This document shows, one piece after another, positions 40,121 through 52,366 of a DNA stretch of 64,000 bases. Origin of the DNA: Camelus dromedarius. Lineage: Eukaryota. The translations under genes and the position numbers were made by a program. A model generated the notes under the pieces. It did not search any database and was not told the origin of the DNA. It worked only from the letters and a program-made list of their open reading frames with translations. Every line of letters begins with the position of its first letter. Positions within the stretch are counted from its first letter, which is position 1. The stretch lies in the NCBI RefSeq assembly GCF_036321535.1, contig NC_087438.1:9922001-9986000 (forward strand). The letters are read 5' to 3'.

Positions 40121-42741
40121 TATATACCAGTCAGTCTTTAACTGGTTCTCAGCTCCCCTTTCTGGAACTCTCTCAAGATTCCTCATCCCCTTCTCCAGGA
40201 AAGGAACCCCCAAATCTGGACCCTCTTCACGCAACAGTGGAATATGAAGGTCCGAGTAGAAAATAAGTGCTCAGAGCGGGAAAAAAACAGTCAGAAAAGT
40301 GAAGTGACTTGTCCAAAGCCTGCGGATAAAGGCTTCCATGTTCATAACGGAGTGTTGTAAGTTCTATTTTTAAGTTGCTTCTCCCATTCTTCCTACTAGT
40401 CACTGGCTCTCAACTACTTTGCCATCTGACTCACAACTTACCTCCTCCAAGAAGGGTGCCCTGATTGACACCATCTCCCGACCCTGAGTACTCCCCTACA
40501 GAGAAATCAATCCTTAAAGCCTTTAATGTTTGTATGTATTATTTTATTTGCATCGGTTTATGTTTTGCTTTGAATTCAAAGCATGTGTCAACGTGTCTAG
40601 ATTCTTTTATAGAAGAAATAAGCACCTGAATTCCTGTGTAAACTGAATGCTAGAAAATCAAATAATACTCTCATTAATATGTTATCACTGAAATTTTTCA
40701 CAAAAGAGACTCCAAGAAACAAGGAAAAATCATGTTTTGATACCTTGGAAAGCAATTCGTTTCTAATAAAACATTCAATATGTTTACATTTTAATATTAT
40801 AGAACACTTCTGTGTTTTTTAAGATTCTTTTTGGATTTCAAGGAACAGGAATGTGCTCTTATAAACACAGGTGTTAAGAGAGACTGCAATGGACACTTGT
40901 TAAAAAATTAAGACAGATTTGCTTCAAGCTACTGCAGTAATAAGGAAGCAAGATTTCAGTACAGAACTGAGCTTAACTCCAAAGACAGCAGGGGCAGCTG
41001 GCAGTTTATAGCCAGCAGTCAAGAGACAACGAATAGAAAATTACCAAGAGGATCTACGTGGTCAGGCCCCAAGAGCCCCCTTCTGAGGTCTCTACAAAAT
41101 ACTCACGTGGAAATGTTCCAGAAAAAAAGCTGGAACTGTAAATCTGTATCTCTGGAAAAAAGGAGGGGGCTTAATGATACGGATGTGAGCCATCAGCATA
41201 AAAGAGATAGTGATGTAAATTAGTTCCCCCAAGGAGAAGGTACAAAGTGAGCAGAGGGCCAACACGGAGCGTCAGGACTCAGTGGGATTCCGTGTGTGAG
41301 CTGAGGGGGGGGAACAAATGTCTCCCATGGATCAAAGAAGAAAAGTAACCAATAAAAACAATCATGACTGCAAGGGGTTGAAGCAGAAGATACGTAAGAT
41401 CCGTGATTTCGTGGTGATATTTTAAAAACAAAAACAAAAATTGTGAGTGGAATTTTGAATATGTAAAAATTTCAGTATTAGGAAAGCTAGGAAAATTTTG
41501 AATATATTTGCCATTAATTCAGTAGAAACCTGGTGACTATCCAGCCCCATGAACGATATAGCTTGTATCAAAGAGAAATTCTCCAAGACTATGGCACCTA
41601 ATGAGTGTCAGATTAATGGGGGAGATTTGCTGGAAGAGGTTGATGGAATTCTATATATCAAATAATGCCTTAGACCAGGGGTGTATTTCAAACTGATGTG
41701 TGCTATAAGACTTTGTTAGTTGTTTAATAATATAGCTTATTTTCTCTAGCAATAAAAGGGAGTGTATTAAAAAGCCTGTTTTACATATTGATTTATATAT
41801 TGATTTTCACTCATGTACAGGTTGTTAAATATTATTAATATGCTCCCAACAATAAATGTTTGAAGGGCTCGTTCTAGCAGAGGGGGAGAGTCATCTGAAC
41901 ACATGGTCACGCTGCACTGGGCCGTGTGTAAGAATGGAAGGGTGTAACGATGGAGGGCAGGGTGATGCTGGGGGAAGCTTTCCTAAGGTGAGTCCTAAGA
42001 AAACTGGAAGCAAAAAATAGGGACTTACCAAATGGACAAGGCACAGGGCATTTTTCACAACAAACCCAGGAAACAGCTCCCCACAGGAATGTGGATCTGA
42101 GCTTGGCCACCTGACTTGTATCCAGATGGGACACTAACAGTCATGGCACCCAGTGGCAAAGCAGCTACTTAAACTGTCACTTGTGGTGGTCTGGGATGAA
42201 GTGACATTAAAGGCCACGGCCCCAGAAACCCCAAGGTCTCCTGCAGTTAACAATTATGGGGAGCATAAAGAACACAGGGCTGTCGGGTGGCAGCCACTGG
42301 GCAGGGTGACTGTGCCCCAGGGAAAGGAGATGCCTGGGCCCTTGGAAATCCGTGACTGCAGCTCTGAGCCAGCCAAGAGCATGCCATCGTGGGCCACCAG
42401 TCAGAGCAGGGGAGGATGGGGTTAGGGATAAACAGCGTTTGACTCCAAGTCACTCTCGCAGCGACCCAATGGACATATAAACTCATCCTGTGACCAGGGG
42501 ACATGTGAACTCATCCTGTAGTCACTTCCACGATGCCTAAGGGTAGGATCGGAACAGATAACCTTGGCCAATGGCAGGATCCTCCATCTTTCCAGGTATG
42601 GATTCTCTGGAAACCCTCTCTCCCTCTGAAAACAGAAAGCAGCGCCACCATCAAAGATGCAGCAGACCCGGGTGGCAGTCCCTACCACAAATCCACTGAA
42701 TTTTCCTTTTCAACCCATCCTTGTCTCGAGACAGATGACCG

Positions 42742-42918
42742 CAGGGCAGGGCCCCTCAGCCTCGGCACTGCTAATGTTTGGGGCTGGATAAATCGTGCAG
42801 TGTGGACTGTTTCGCAGTGTCCCTGACCTCTAGCACACCTTCCCCAGTTGTGATGTTGTCTCTAGACATTGCCAGATATCCTCTGGGGGACAAAATTGCT
42901 CTCGGTTGAGAAGCACTG
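42742..42918. mobile_element. MER20-like hAT-Charlie MITE
   Basis: ctcagcctcggcactg...tttggggctggataa...ctctagacattgccaga...ggttgagaagcactg. Confidence 0.75.
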
Positions 42919-42987
42919 AATGACCCATAAAGCAGCTTCATTGCGGACTGACTCTAATTACAGCTGCTCTTCCCAAACATGATGTCT

Positions 42988-43210
42988 TTTTTTTAATTGA
43001 AGTATAGTCGATTCACAATGTTGTGTTAGTTTGTGGTGTGCAGCATAGTGATTCAGTTATACGCACACACACACATATATATATACTCCTTTTCATACTC
43101 TTTTTCATCATAGGCCATTACAAGGTATTGAATATAGTTCCCTGTGCTATACAGCAGGGCCTTGTTCTTTATCTACTTTATATACAGTCGTGTGTATCTG
43201 CTAATCCCGA
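42988..43210 (-). mobile_element. L1 3'-terminal fragment
   Basis: ttgaagtatagtcgattcacaatg...ccctgtgctatacagcagg. Confidence 0.8.
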
Positions 43211-45067
43211 AATGATTTCTTGAACTGGAAAGAAGCACAAGTTTCGCTGAGTCTCTTTGGCTTTTGGGCGCAATAGATCCCATATTTGGGCATACTGCTC
43301 CTGCCACGGGCACAGTAATGTAGATGGCTTCCAGCTTTGAGTGGGACCCCAGGCAAGACACAGCTCCATCTGGTGCAAATCCTTCTGACCCTGTGACTGA
43401 GCTCAAAGTTTCTGGGGAAGATGGGATGCTGCACGGAGCCCTGGGGAGAAAATGATAGCAAAGGCCCTCTGCTCACTTTGGAAAGAACTCCTCTCTTCTT
43501 GAAACAGCTCCAGGTGACCATAGTACCTGAAATTCCCATCATAAACCCAGTGTTTTCTGGTCCTTCTGGCTGTAAAGTTGGGCTTTTGCAATGACTGTCC
43601 TCTGGGTCCTAAAAGCATAGATAAGTTCCGTGAGCAGGAGGCTCGCGTTCCCGGGACAGCTACACCTGTGCGCTTCCTCATCTCTCCCAGCCCTCCCGGG
43701 GCCTCCTCAGAGGAGAGGTCCCTTGTCCTTTTCCTACACATTGCGCAATGCTTCCGCTTCCCTCCCACTCTTAGAACCTGGAGCGCGGAATCTCAGGAGA
43801 TCATCTTTTCCAATTTCCTCACAGGACAGATTAGGAAACTGGTACCTAGAAAGGATGAGTCACTTCCCCCACATGAGGAAAACAGGTGGTGACTCGCCAA
43901 GACGAGAACCCAAGCCCCCTTGCTTGTGGTCTTTCTGCGTTCTTGAAGGTAAAGAGCTGGTCTAAGATTCTCTAGTAAGAAGTGATTCTGCATCCAACTT
44001 CAGCCCTCACCATGTCTAGAGAAAGAAAATCTCACCATCTGCTGCATTTCACAACACTGTTAAACTTCTAGAAAAAACAGAGGAAAAACGTTTCAACCAC
44101 ATAACACAAAACCTTCTCATCCATCCAGCTGTTTAGTTTCTCCATTCCTAGATGGATTACCTAGCATCCTCAAGTTGATAAAAAGTCTTTTTTCATGCCC
44201 AAGGTAATCTTAAGCACCTTTTATTCTAGATTCGCTCCAAACTCACACAAGTGAATAGAATTATGAAAATAATCCTTTGTGCAGGAAATTAAAAGTAAGC
44301 CTCTTTTTTGAGACGCCCGTGCAATTAGAATCAGTATCACCAGCTGAAGTAGCTTCATCACCTATGAAAAATAACATTTATGAAGTCTCACACAAAATGT
44401 ACTGGTCTGGTTCTATAAAATGTCATGGTATTTTCCCCAAAGGGTAATAATATTAATATTCAAATGCATTTTGCTTCAATTCCTTAACCTTGAGCAGTAT
44501 GTCACTAAAATCTTTTTAGGCTTCTCCACAAGATGGGGCTACTCTCCAAACAATTCTGTTGCTAAGCACGATGGCATTCTGAAAAGGTTCAATTATAAAG
44601 TGTCACCTACATAGCAGTCTTGATAGGATAGTGCATGAACTGTTAACTCTAGGAGTCATTAAATCAGGTGAAGGACAAATACTTCTGGCACCATCTGAGG
44701 AGCTGTAACTTCTCAGCCTCTGCTCGTGCATGCAATGGTCTTCAAGTCAGGGCTTGGGTTCTCCACCTCCCCCGTTCTCAGTTTCACTGGCAAAGCCAGT
44801 GAGGAGACAGGAAGCTCGCCACTCTTCCATCTCTGGCCCCAGCGATCTGTACCTCCTTATCCCTGATCCCCTCAGAAAAATGCCATGTTAAACGTCACAG
44901 GTCTTTAGATTTCCATTAGTTCAGGAGAAGCAGAAAATCTATTCAGGTCTATTTAGATGAAGGGCAGGGCAGAAAGAGGGGGAGACTGGGGGAAGGCTTG
45001 GAGATCTTTGCTGAGCAAGTCCATGTGCCAGGAAAACCTCTCCATGCCTCATCTCACTGGACCCCTA

Positions 45068-45203
45068 GAGAGGAGGGTATATAGCTCAGTGGTAGAGTAC
45101 TTGCTTGGCATGCACAAGGTCCTGGGTTCAATTCCCAGGACCTCTATCAAAATAAATAAGCCTAATTAGTCCCCTCTAAAAAACAAACAAACAAACAAAA
45201 TAA
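45068..45203 (+). mobile_element. tRNA-derived SINE (Vic-1-like), long form
   Basis: A and B boxes, CCTAATT extension, (AAAC)n tail, imperfect TSD tca(c/t)tggac(c/a)cct. Confidence 0.85.
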
Positions 45204-45474
45204 AATGGTCATTGGACACCTGTAACAACCCTACAGGGTAGCTTGATTCACCCCACCTTCTGGAGGAGAAAATTTGCAGTTTTAAGAAGCATCTCATAGT
45301 AGGTCATCCAGCTGGTATGCAAGCCTTCTTACTTTTCTACCACACCGCGATCAGGTAGGCATTTGTAACCCAACTTAAAAAGCTGGGGTCCACATGGCTC
45401 AGTCTTGCCATGGAGTCCCATGTAAAGCATTGGAGTCCCGGAGCCAAAAGTGGTTTTGAAAGAGTCTAATTATT

Positions 45475-45618
45475 GAGGGTGGGTATAGCTCAGTGGGAGA
45501 GTGCATTCTTAACATGCACAAGGTCCTGGGTTCAACCCTCAGTACCTCCCATAAATACACACATACATACATACATACACACATACATACATACATACAC
45601 ACATACATAATTCTTTTT
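45475..45618 (+). mobile_element. tRNA-derived SINE (Vic-1-like) with (ACAT)n tail
   Basis: A and B boxes; agtctaattatt(g) repeated on both flanks. Confidence 0.85.
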
Positions 45619-46388
45619 AAAAGTCTAATTATTGCTTGCATATCTAAGAATATTAAAGGGGACTTGATTCATAACCCACAGCAGCATTTCTCAAAAGCCC
45701 CCTCCCTCTGCTCTGCTATCCTCTCACACCCAAAAGCTGTTCCAGAGTTTCTCACACATAGACCTTCCACAGCTTTTCCCTCTCCCCCTCCCTCCTCTTT
45801 CCTGGCTTTGGCTAAATCGACCCCCCTTTCTTGCCTCCCTGGTTCGTGGCCAGACTAGCAGCTCCAGATTCTCCTGTGAGGGTGGAGGGAGTCATCACAG
45901 ATGCCCCCACAGGGATATCCCCGGTCCCGGCCCAGGCCAAATGGGATTCAAACACACCTGGGCACATCTGGACGTCTGAAATGAGCTGCAGACGTTCTCG
46001 GGGAGGGTGGTTCCTAAGAGGGGGGTTACCTAGGGGTTTTAGGCGTTTTCTTCCTGTTATTTTATTTTGGTCAATGGAGAAGAAAGAAAGTCTTGCACAG
46101 GATCACAGAGGACATCCAGTGAGGGAAGAAAAGAAAAGCAGTTCTTCCAGATGACATTGCAGGTCCTAAACCATGGGCTCCATGGAAAACCTATGAGAAC
46201 TGAGGGGAAAGCTGGTACAGCTTTGATGCTCCCAGGGGCAGCCATCATCCCTTGTGAGAGAAGGCCACTGAGCACGTTCACACACAGACACACCAGGGTT
46301 TCAAGTCTGTGATGGCACTTACCTCCTAGCCAGGTTACAAAAACCAAGAGAGGCATCTCAGCTCCAGAACCCGACAGCTTTCCCCCTA

Positions 46389-46784
46389 CTGGATGGTGAA
46401 TTTTATTTGTGTACACAAAGAACCCAGACACTTGGTCAAACACTAGTCTAGAGATTGCTGTGAAGCTATTTCTGAGATGAGATTAACAATTAAATCAGGA
46501 GACTCTGAGTGAAGCAGATTACCCTCCATAATGTGGGTGGGCCTCACCCAATCAGTTGAAGGCCTTAAGAGACAAAAGATGGGGGCACCCTGAAGAAGAG
46601 GGAATTCTCCTTCCAGGCTGTCTTTGAACTTATGCTTTGGCATCAGCTCTTCCTGGGTCTCCAGCCTGCTGACCTACACCACAGATTTTGGACCCACCAG
46701 GCTCTACAATTGTGGGAGTAAATTCCTTAAAATAAATAAAGCTCTCTTGATGATAGATAGATAGATACATAGATAGATAGATAC

Positions 46785-46845
<61 letters not shown>

Positions 46846-46918
46846 TAGACAGACAGAAGACAGACAGATAATATATCTCCTATTGGCTCTGTTCCTCCAG
46901 AGACCTCTGACTGATGCT
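46389..46918 (+). mobile_element. ERVL LTR (MLT2-type) with internal (GATA)n(GACA)n
   Basis: gcagattaccctccataatgtgggtgggcctcacccaatcagttgaaggcc...ctcctattggctctgttcctccagag. Confidence 0.8.
46752..46870. repeat. (GATA)n(GACA)n tetranucleotide STR
   Basis: Read directly. Confidence 0.95.
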
Positions 46919-47714
46919 ACTACTGCCACTGGCCCCAACCACCAACCACTATAATCTCCCCTGACCAACCTCCTCTGTCCTCCAGTGGGTCCCCCTCTTT
47001 CACTCAGAGTAAAAGTGAATACTTCCCACAGGTATCCAGGATCCCCACCCTCTTTACACAAACCTCCCAGCCCCCTTCACCTCTCCTACTCATCTCCTGC
47101 TCTCTCCTCTGTGCTCACCCCCTCCAGCCACTCCTGGGCCCCCAGTGCTTCCTTTGCTGCAGTGGTCCTCCCCATCTGTGCACACGCCCAAAGCCCATGC
47201 CTCTGCAGGTCCTTCCTCAAATCTCACCTCATCATCAGCCCTGGCTTGGGGGGCAGTGAGTCTCAAAATTTTATGTCCCGGGAACCCTTTATGCTCTTAG
47301 AAATTATCAAGGACCCAAAGCCTGTGTGTACGTGGGTTTTATCTGCTGGTATTTACTCCATTTGAAACTAAAATCAAGACATGTTTAAAACACAAGAATC
47401 TACAGGCACACATCCCATCAGCCATCAGAGCAATGATACTGCCACATGTCATGCAGCCACTGGAAGGCAATTCCACAATCAAGATGCCTCACAATACACA
47501 CAGAGTTCTGAGCTCAAAGAGCCCCTAAAAGGGTCTGAGGCCCCCAGGGCTCCTTGGTGATACTTAGAGATCCTCTGGGCTATAAGAATGGGCAGAATCC
47601 CCAGGCCTCTTGCAGGAAACACGACCAAACATTGGCTGGCATGATTCCCACTTGGATGGGAAGCAAACAGCATTCTCAGAAATGAAACCTATACAGCAAT
47701 CAGCTAAAGTTTTG

Positions 47715-48205
47715 TGGAAGCCGCCACCCAAGCCTGTGTCTTGCTCAGTTCCTCAGACAATATTCAGACTCCAGTGCTCACAACAGAAAGCACCCACTGC
47801 AGCAGGCAGAACACCACCCCAGAGGGGAAGCAAGCAGGAGGCGTATCCTGCGTTATCCAGGTGAGCTCAGTACAATCAGGGCCCTTAAAGGTGGGTGACC
47901 GAGGCAGGAGACGGGGCCAGAGACAGATGTGACCAAAGAAGAATGATCAGAGAGAGGCCGTGTTGCTGGCTTTGAAGGGGCCACGAGCCAAGGAATGTGG
48001 GCTGTCTCTTGAAGCTGGAAAAAGCCAGAAACAGCCTCCCCTAGAGACTCCGGAAGGGAATGCAGCCCTGCCAGCGCCTTGATTTGAGCCCAGTGAGACC
48101 TATGTCAGGTTTCCAACCGACAGAACTGTTGGAGAATAAAGGTGTGCTGCTGTAAGCCACTAGGTTTGTGGTAATGTATTTCAGCAGCCATAGGAAGCTG
48201 ACTCA
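47715..48205 (+). mobile_element. MaLR LTR (MLT1-type)
   Basis: gggccacgagccaaggaatg...cagccctgccagcgccttgattt...agaataaa...taagccactaggtttgtggtaat. Confidence 0.8.
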
Positions 48206-48889
48206 CCTGTTAAAACTGAATTGCATTTGAATCTTGTACCTAACAGGGAACTGCCCACAGAGCCCTGAAGTGGGGGATGCCTTCCTGTGGGTAAAGCCTG
48301 GTGCGAACAGGCCAGGCAAGGAGCTCCCAGCACTAGCCGGTCGGCAACAGGACGCGTGAGAATCCCTGACCCGCCACCGCCCCCACTCACCCTGTTCACA
48401 AATGCCTCATGCTGGACCAGTGACCAGTCCACCCTTCACCGAGGCTTCTGCTCCTTTTAGTGTTTTCCAAATGGGCATTTGAGTTTTAGCAGTCCTGTTC
48501 CCCACCTGCCACCCCCAAGATGTCACATCAGTCGTCTTAGGATAACTAAATAATTTAGCGCTTGGTCTCCAGTTGTACGGGTACTCCTTGGCCTGGGTCA
48601 TGACCACACAGAAGAAGTGACCACCACCAGGAGACTTTGAGGCATCACCAGTAGGTGCAAAAGCTGAACACAACTTCGGGTTGGCTCCTGCAGGCTGCAG
48701 AGGGGTTGGGGGAGGCAACACTTTCATTATGGGATGAAAGCTGAAAGGAGTCTGAGTGTGTGTTCTCAGCAGCCCCACCGCCCAGGGGTGGAAAATCAAG
48801 TATCAGCCCCAGAACACAGTAAATCTGCCCCTGCCCTGGTAACCTCTCCTCTTGGCCACAGGAGTCATTTCAGAGATGGCCCGGCCTCA

Positions 48890-49295
48890 TCTGCAGCAAT
48901 ATGAATGGACCTAGAGATGATCACACTAAGTGAAGCAAGTCAGACAGAGAAAGACAAATACGTGGTATCACTTACATGTGGAATCTTTTTTTAAAAAATG
49001 ACACAAATGAACTTATTTACAAAACAGAAAGAGACTGCAGACATAGAAAACAAATTTATGGTTACCAAAGGGGAAGAGGGGAGATAAATTAGGAGTTTGG
49101 GATTGCAGATACAAACTACTATGTACAGAACAGCTAAACACAAGGTCCTACTGTACAGCACAGGGAACTATACTCAATAGCTTGTAATAACCCATAATTA
49201 AAAAGATATATATGTATAATTGAAATACTATGCTGTATACCAGGAACTAACACATTATAAATCAGTTATACTTCAATTTTTTAAATAAATAAAAT
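48890..49295 (+). mobile_element. L1 3' end
   Basis: gcagcaatatgaatggacctagaga...cagcacagggaactatactcaa. Confidence 0.85.
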
Positions 49296-50453
49296 ATACA
49301 ATTCAGGGCCAGGGCGGGGTGGGGGTGGGGATCTGGCCCGGCTTCCCCACCTTACAGGACTGGTGGGATCAGAGGAGAACACTTGGCCAAGCTGGAGCGG
49401 TTGCCTCCCTGGCATTCGGAATGAGAGCCAGGAGAGAAGCCATCCTGGTGGCTGGAGACATGAACGCTCAGACAGCACAGGTTGGCTGCTTCTGCAGCAC
49501 ACGCATGCAGACTATGGACACAACGCCAGTCTTCAGAAAGATGCAGCAAGAGCGAAGCAAAGAGCCCACGTGTGCGGAGATGAGAGCCAGGATAATTGCT
49601 CATCCTGGCTCCCGCCCTTCCTCAGATCCAGCATCATCGCTGCCCACGCCCAGGACTCCCCAGGACAAGCCTGGCCACTTCAGGCCCACTCCCCATTCTC
49701 TACCTTCGCTGGTTTTGGTTTCTGCAACCAAAAAAACCCTCATCTCCACATGGTATCTCTACTCCTGGGAATCCTGCAGGAAGCATTTACTAGAAAAGAT
49801 ATTAAAGTCCATAACCAACATTATTTAGTGCCTTGATGGGCTCCTGTGAGCAGAATCTGGGGTAAGCAAGGTCTCTGAGTCCCACACTTTCGTGCACCAC
49901 CTCTCAACCGTCCTGCCTCGCCTGTCTCTGCGGCCCTGGACCACTGGCTCTGCCCAAGCTGCTGTTCGGCGTTCACCTCTGGGACCCCTTTCCATACACG
50001 CAGCCCACAACGTTTCTGGCTCCATCTCCAGACTGCACACCTCTCACCTCCCGCCCCAGGGTTTCCCTGTTGCCTGGGATCCGCTCGTCTTCCCTGACAC
50101 ACAACCCAAGGAGCAAGGGAATGAATGACCGGGAGGGAGGTAGAGCACAAGGTGAATTCTCCCTTCTTGCCTGCTGGTTCAGTCCCAGCAGATGGCTACC
50201 AGCTAAGTGCCACACCCTCGTATGGGCTCTCCCTCCTCCCCTACCTCACTCTTCCTCCCCTCACTCTTGCTTTCCCAGGATTGCACTCCTAATACACTGG
50301 TAACACAAATCCACATTCAGACTGTTTTATTTATGGAACGTCTTCCAAGATGTTCTTGATTTAAATGAGGTCGTTGGTAAAGTGAGAAGCTGAACATGAT
50401 AGAGATGAACAATCCCTGGCTACCTTCCTTTCTGGTAACTGAAAATGCAACAG

Positions 50454-50533
50454 GATACTATGGTAACTGGACACAAGGCATAAAGCGAATGAGTCCCCTG
50501 CCAGTGAGTTACCCTGAGCGTTACCGTAGTAAC
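50454..50533. promoter_or_regulatory. RFX X-box pair (candidate distal enhancer)
   Basis: GTTACCGTAGTAAC (50520-50533) fits GTNRCC-N0-3-RGYAAC exactly; GATACTATGGTAAC (50454-50467) is a near match. Confidence 0.5.
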
Positions 50534-51274
50534 AGATCACCAATTTCTCACACAAGAGAATGAAAGCAAAATCATATTAGCAAATGAGCTAAGTTTAATG
50601 TCTCCTTATCTACAAAATACGAGAGAATTTAATAAGATGTTTCAATGGGACCTCTCAAATAATGACTACTTTTGTCTGTAGAAAAACGAACACGTGGTGA
50701 TAAGGGCTTGGAAACCCAAACCGAAGAAGGCCGACTTCAAGGACGCCACTTCCTGGGAAAGCCACTAGGTGGCGAACTTAACCATCCCTCGGATTTTTTT
50801 CTACCTAAAAGTCACCCCAGGGTTGGCTCTGATCTTATTCTGGTTAAGAATTTGCTATTTTGACAAACTAAAATTTATTTACGATAATATAAGAATTTCA
50901 GGAACCTCTAAATTTAAAAAGTTGAAAATGGTTTTAGTGCAGATACAATAAAAGTAGGATAAATTTAAAGCACAGAGGTTTTTCTTGTCCACTGGCTGCC
51001 TGTGCTCCATTTCTCCTGTTCCTCTTGGGAGGGAGGCATCATCACGAAGCCTTGGATCAGGGCTTGGGTTTTGGTTTACTCTGCTTTGGAGGGATATGGG
51101 TATTCGCTGTTTAAACAAGGTGTTTTAATAACTAAAAAAAAAATCATTTCTCAAATGAAGCCAGGGCAGAAATGGGAGCCTGAGGAGAGAGAAAGGACCA
51201 GGGGGCGGAGGGTGTGATGTCTGCAGATGGGAGAAGCAGCACAGGGGTATCGTGATGACAACAGCATATATATG

Positions 51275-51278
<4 letters not shown>

Positions 51279-51332
<54 letters not shown>
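51279..51332. repeat. (TA)27 microsatellite
   Basis: Read directly. Confidence 0.95.
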
Positions 51333-51337
<5 letters not shown>

Positions 51338-51574
51338 ATTAATGTGAGAAATACTTTACAACAGAATCTTCACAGCTTCACAATAAAATTCATAAAATAA
51401 CTTACTGTAGAGCTGTACAATGGAATCCTACACAGTCATTAAAGATCACGTTCAAGAGGCATTTTAATGAAATTGAAACATGTTTATGATACATTGTAAA
51501 ATGAAAAAAAAAATCAAGCTCCAAGAGTACAAACTAGTTTTTATTTTAAAAAGTTAATAAAAAAATAGGTTACA

Positions 51575-51655
51575 GGGGGGTGGGTATAGTTCAGTGGTAC
51601 ATGCTTAGCATGCATGAGGTCCCAGGTTCAATCCCCAGCACCTCTATTAAAAAAA
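51575..51655 (+). mobile_element. tRNA-derived SINE (Vic-1-like), short form with small internal deletion
   Basis: GGGTATAGTTCAGTGGTAC...GGTTCAATCCCCAGCACC, poly(A), TSD aaaaatag(g/a)ttaca. Confidence 0.85.
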
Positions 51656-51799
51656 AAAAATAGATTACATACACGTGTGTGGCAATAGAAGGAGAAACTA
51701 TTATTAATAGTGATTATTTCTGAGACTGAGAGGTTTACTTCCTTATTTTTATGTCATCTGTATTTCCTAGGTTTTCCTCTGTCTTATTTTTATTTTAAT

Positions 51800-52030
51800 T
51801 ACTAGCATTACTCTTTACCTGGCCCTGTTCTAAGCACTCTATAAACAGCAATTCACTGAATCCTTACAACATGCCTATGAAGCAGTTACTGTTACTATAC
51901 CTACTTTTATAAGTTAAAACATTGACAAACAGAGAAGTCAAGTTATCTACTAGAGGTCACACAGCTAATGAGTGCTAGAGCCAGGATTCAGACCCAGGAA
52001 ATCGGGCTCCAGATTCTGTGTTCTTAAACT
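51800..52030. mobile_element. MIR
   Basis: agagaagtcaagttatct...ggtcacacagctaatgagtgctagagccaggattcagacccagg. Confidence 0.75.
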
Positions 52031-52160
52031 AATTTTAAAAAGAGAGAGAGAGAGAAAGGATAAAGAAAAAACATAAAGAAAAAGGGAGGAAGCAAAAAAA
52101 GAAGGAAAGAAACCATTTGCCACAAGGGAACAATACACATTTGCTTTAAAAAGCTTTTAA

Positions 52161-52346
52161 TTTTTTTTTTTTTGATAGTGTTTTTTTTCTTTCAGCACTT
52201 TATTTATTTTAATTATTTTTTAATTTTTGGGGGGGGACAGGTAATTAGGTTTACTTATTTATTTTTAGAGGAGGTTCTGGGGATTGAACCTGGGACCTTG
52301 TGTATGCTAAGCATGCACTCTACCACTTGAGCTATATCTATCCCTC
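52161..52346 (-). mobile_element. tRNA-derived SINE (Vic-1-like), long form
   Basis: Reverse-strand A and B boxes, T-rich tail, perfect TSD TAAAAAGCTTTTAA at 52147-52160 and 52347-52360. Confidence 0.88.
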
Positions 52347-52366
52347 TAAAAAGCTTTTAAAAATCA

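Noticed and set aside
49319..49836. Longest ORFs in the track (169 and 157 aa), and similar ones at 24901, 46630 and 53212
   Set aside because: No recognisable domain; overlapping frames in GC-rich, low-complexity or repeat-derived DNA.
33297..52346. tRNA-like A/B boxes read as tRNA genes
   Set aside because: They have A-rich tails, TSDs and copy-specific mutations, so they are SINEs.
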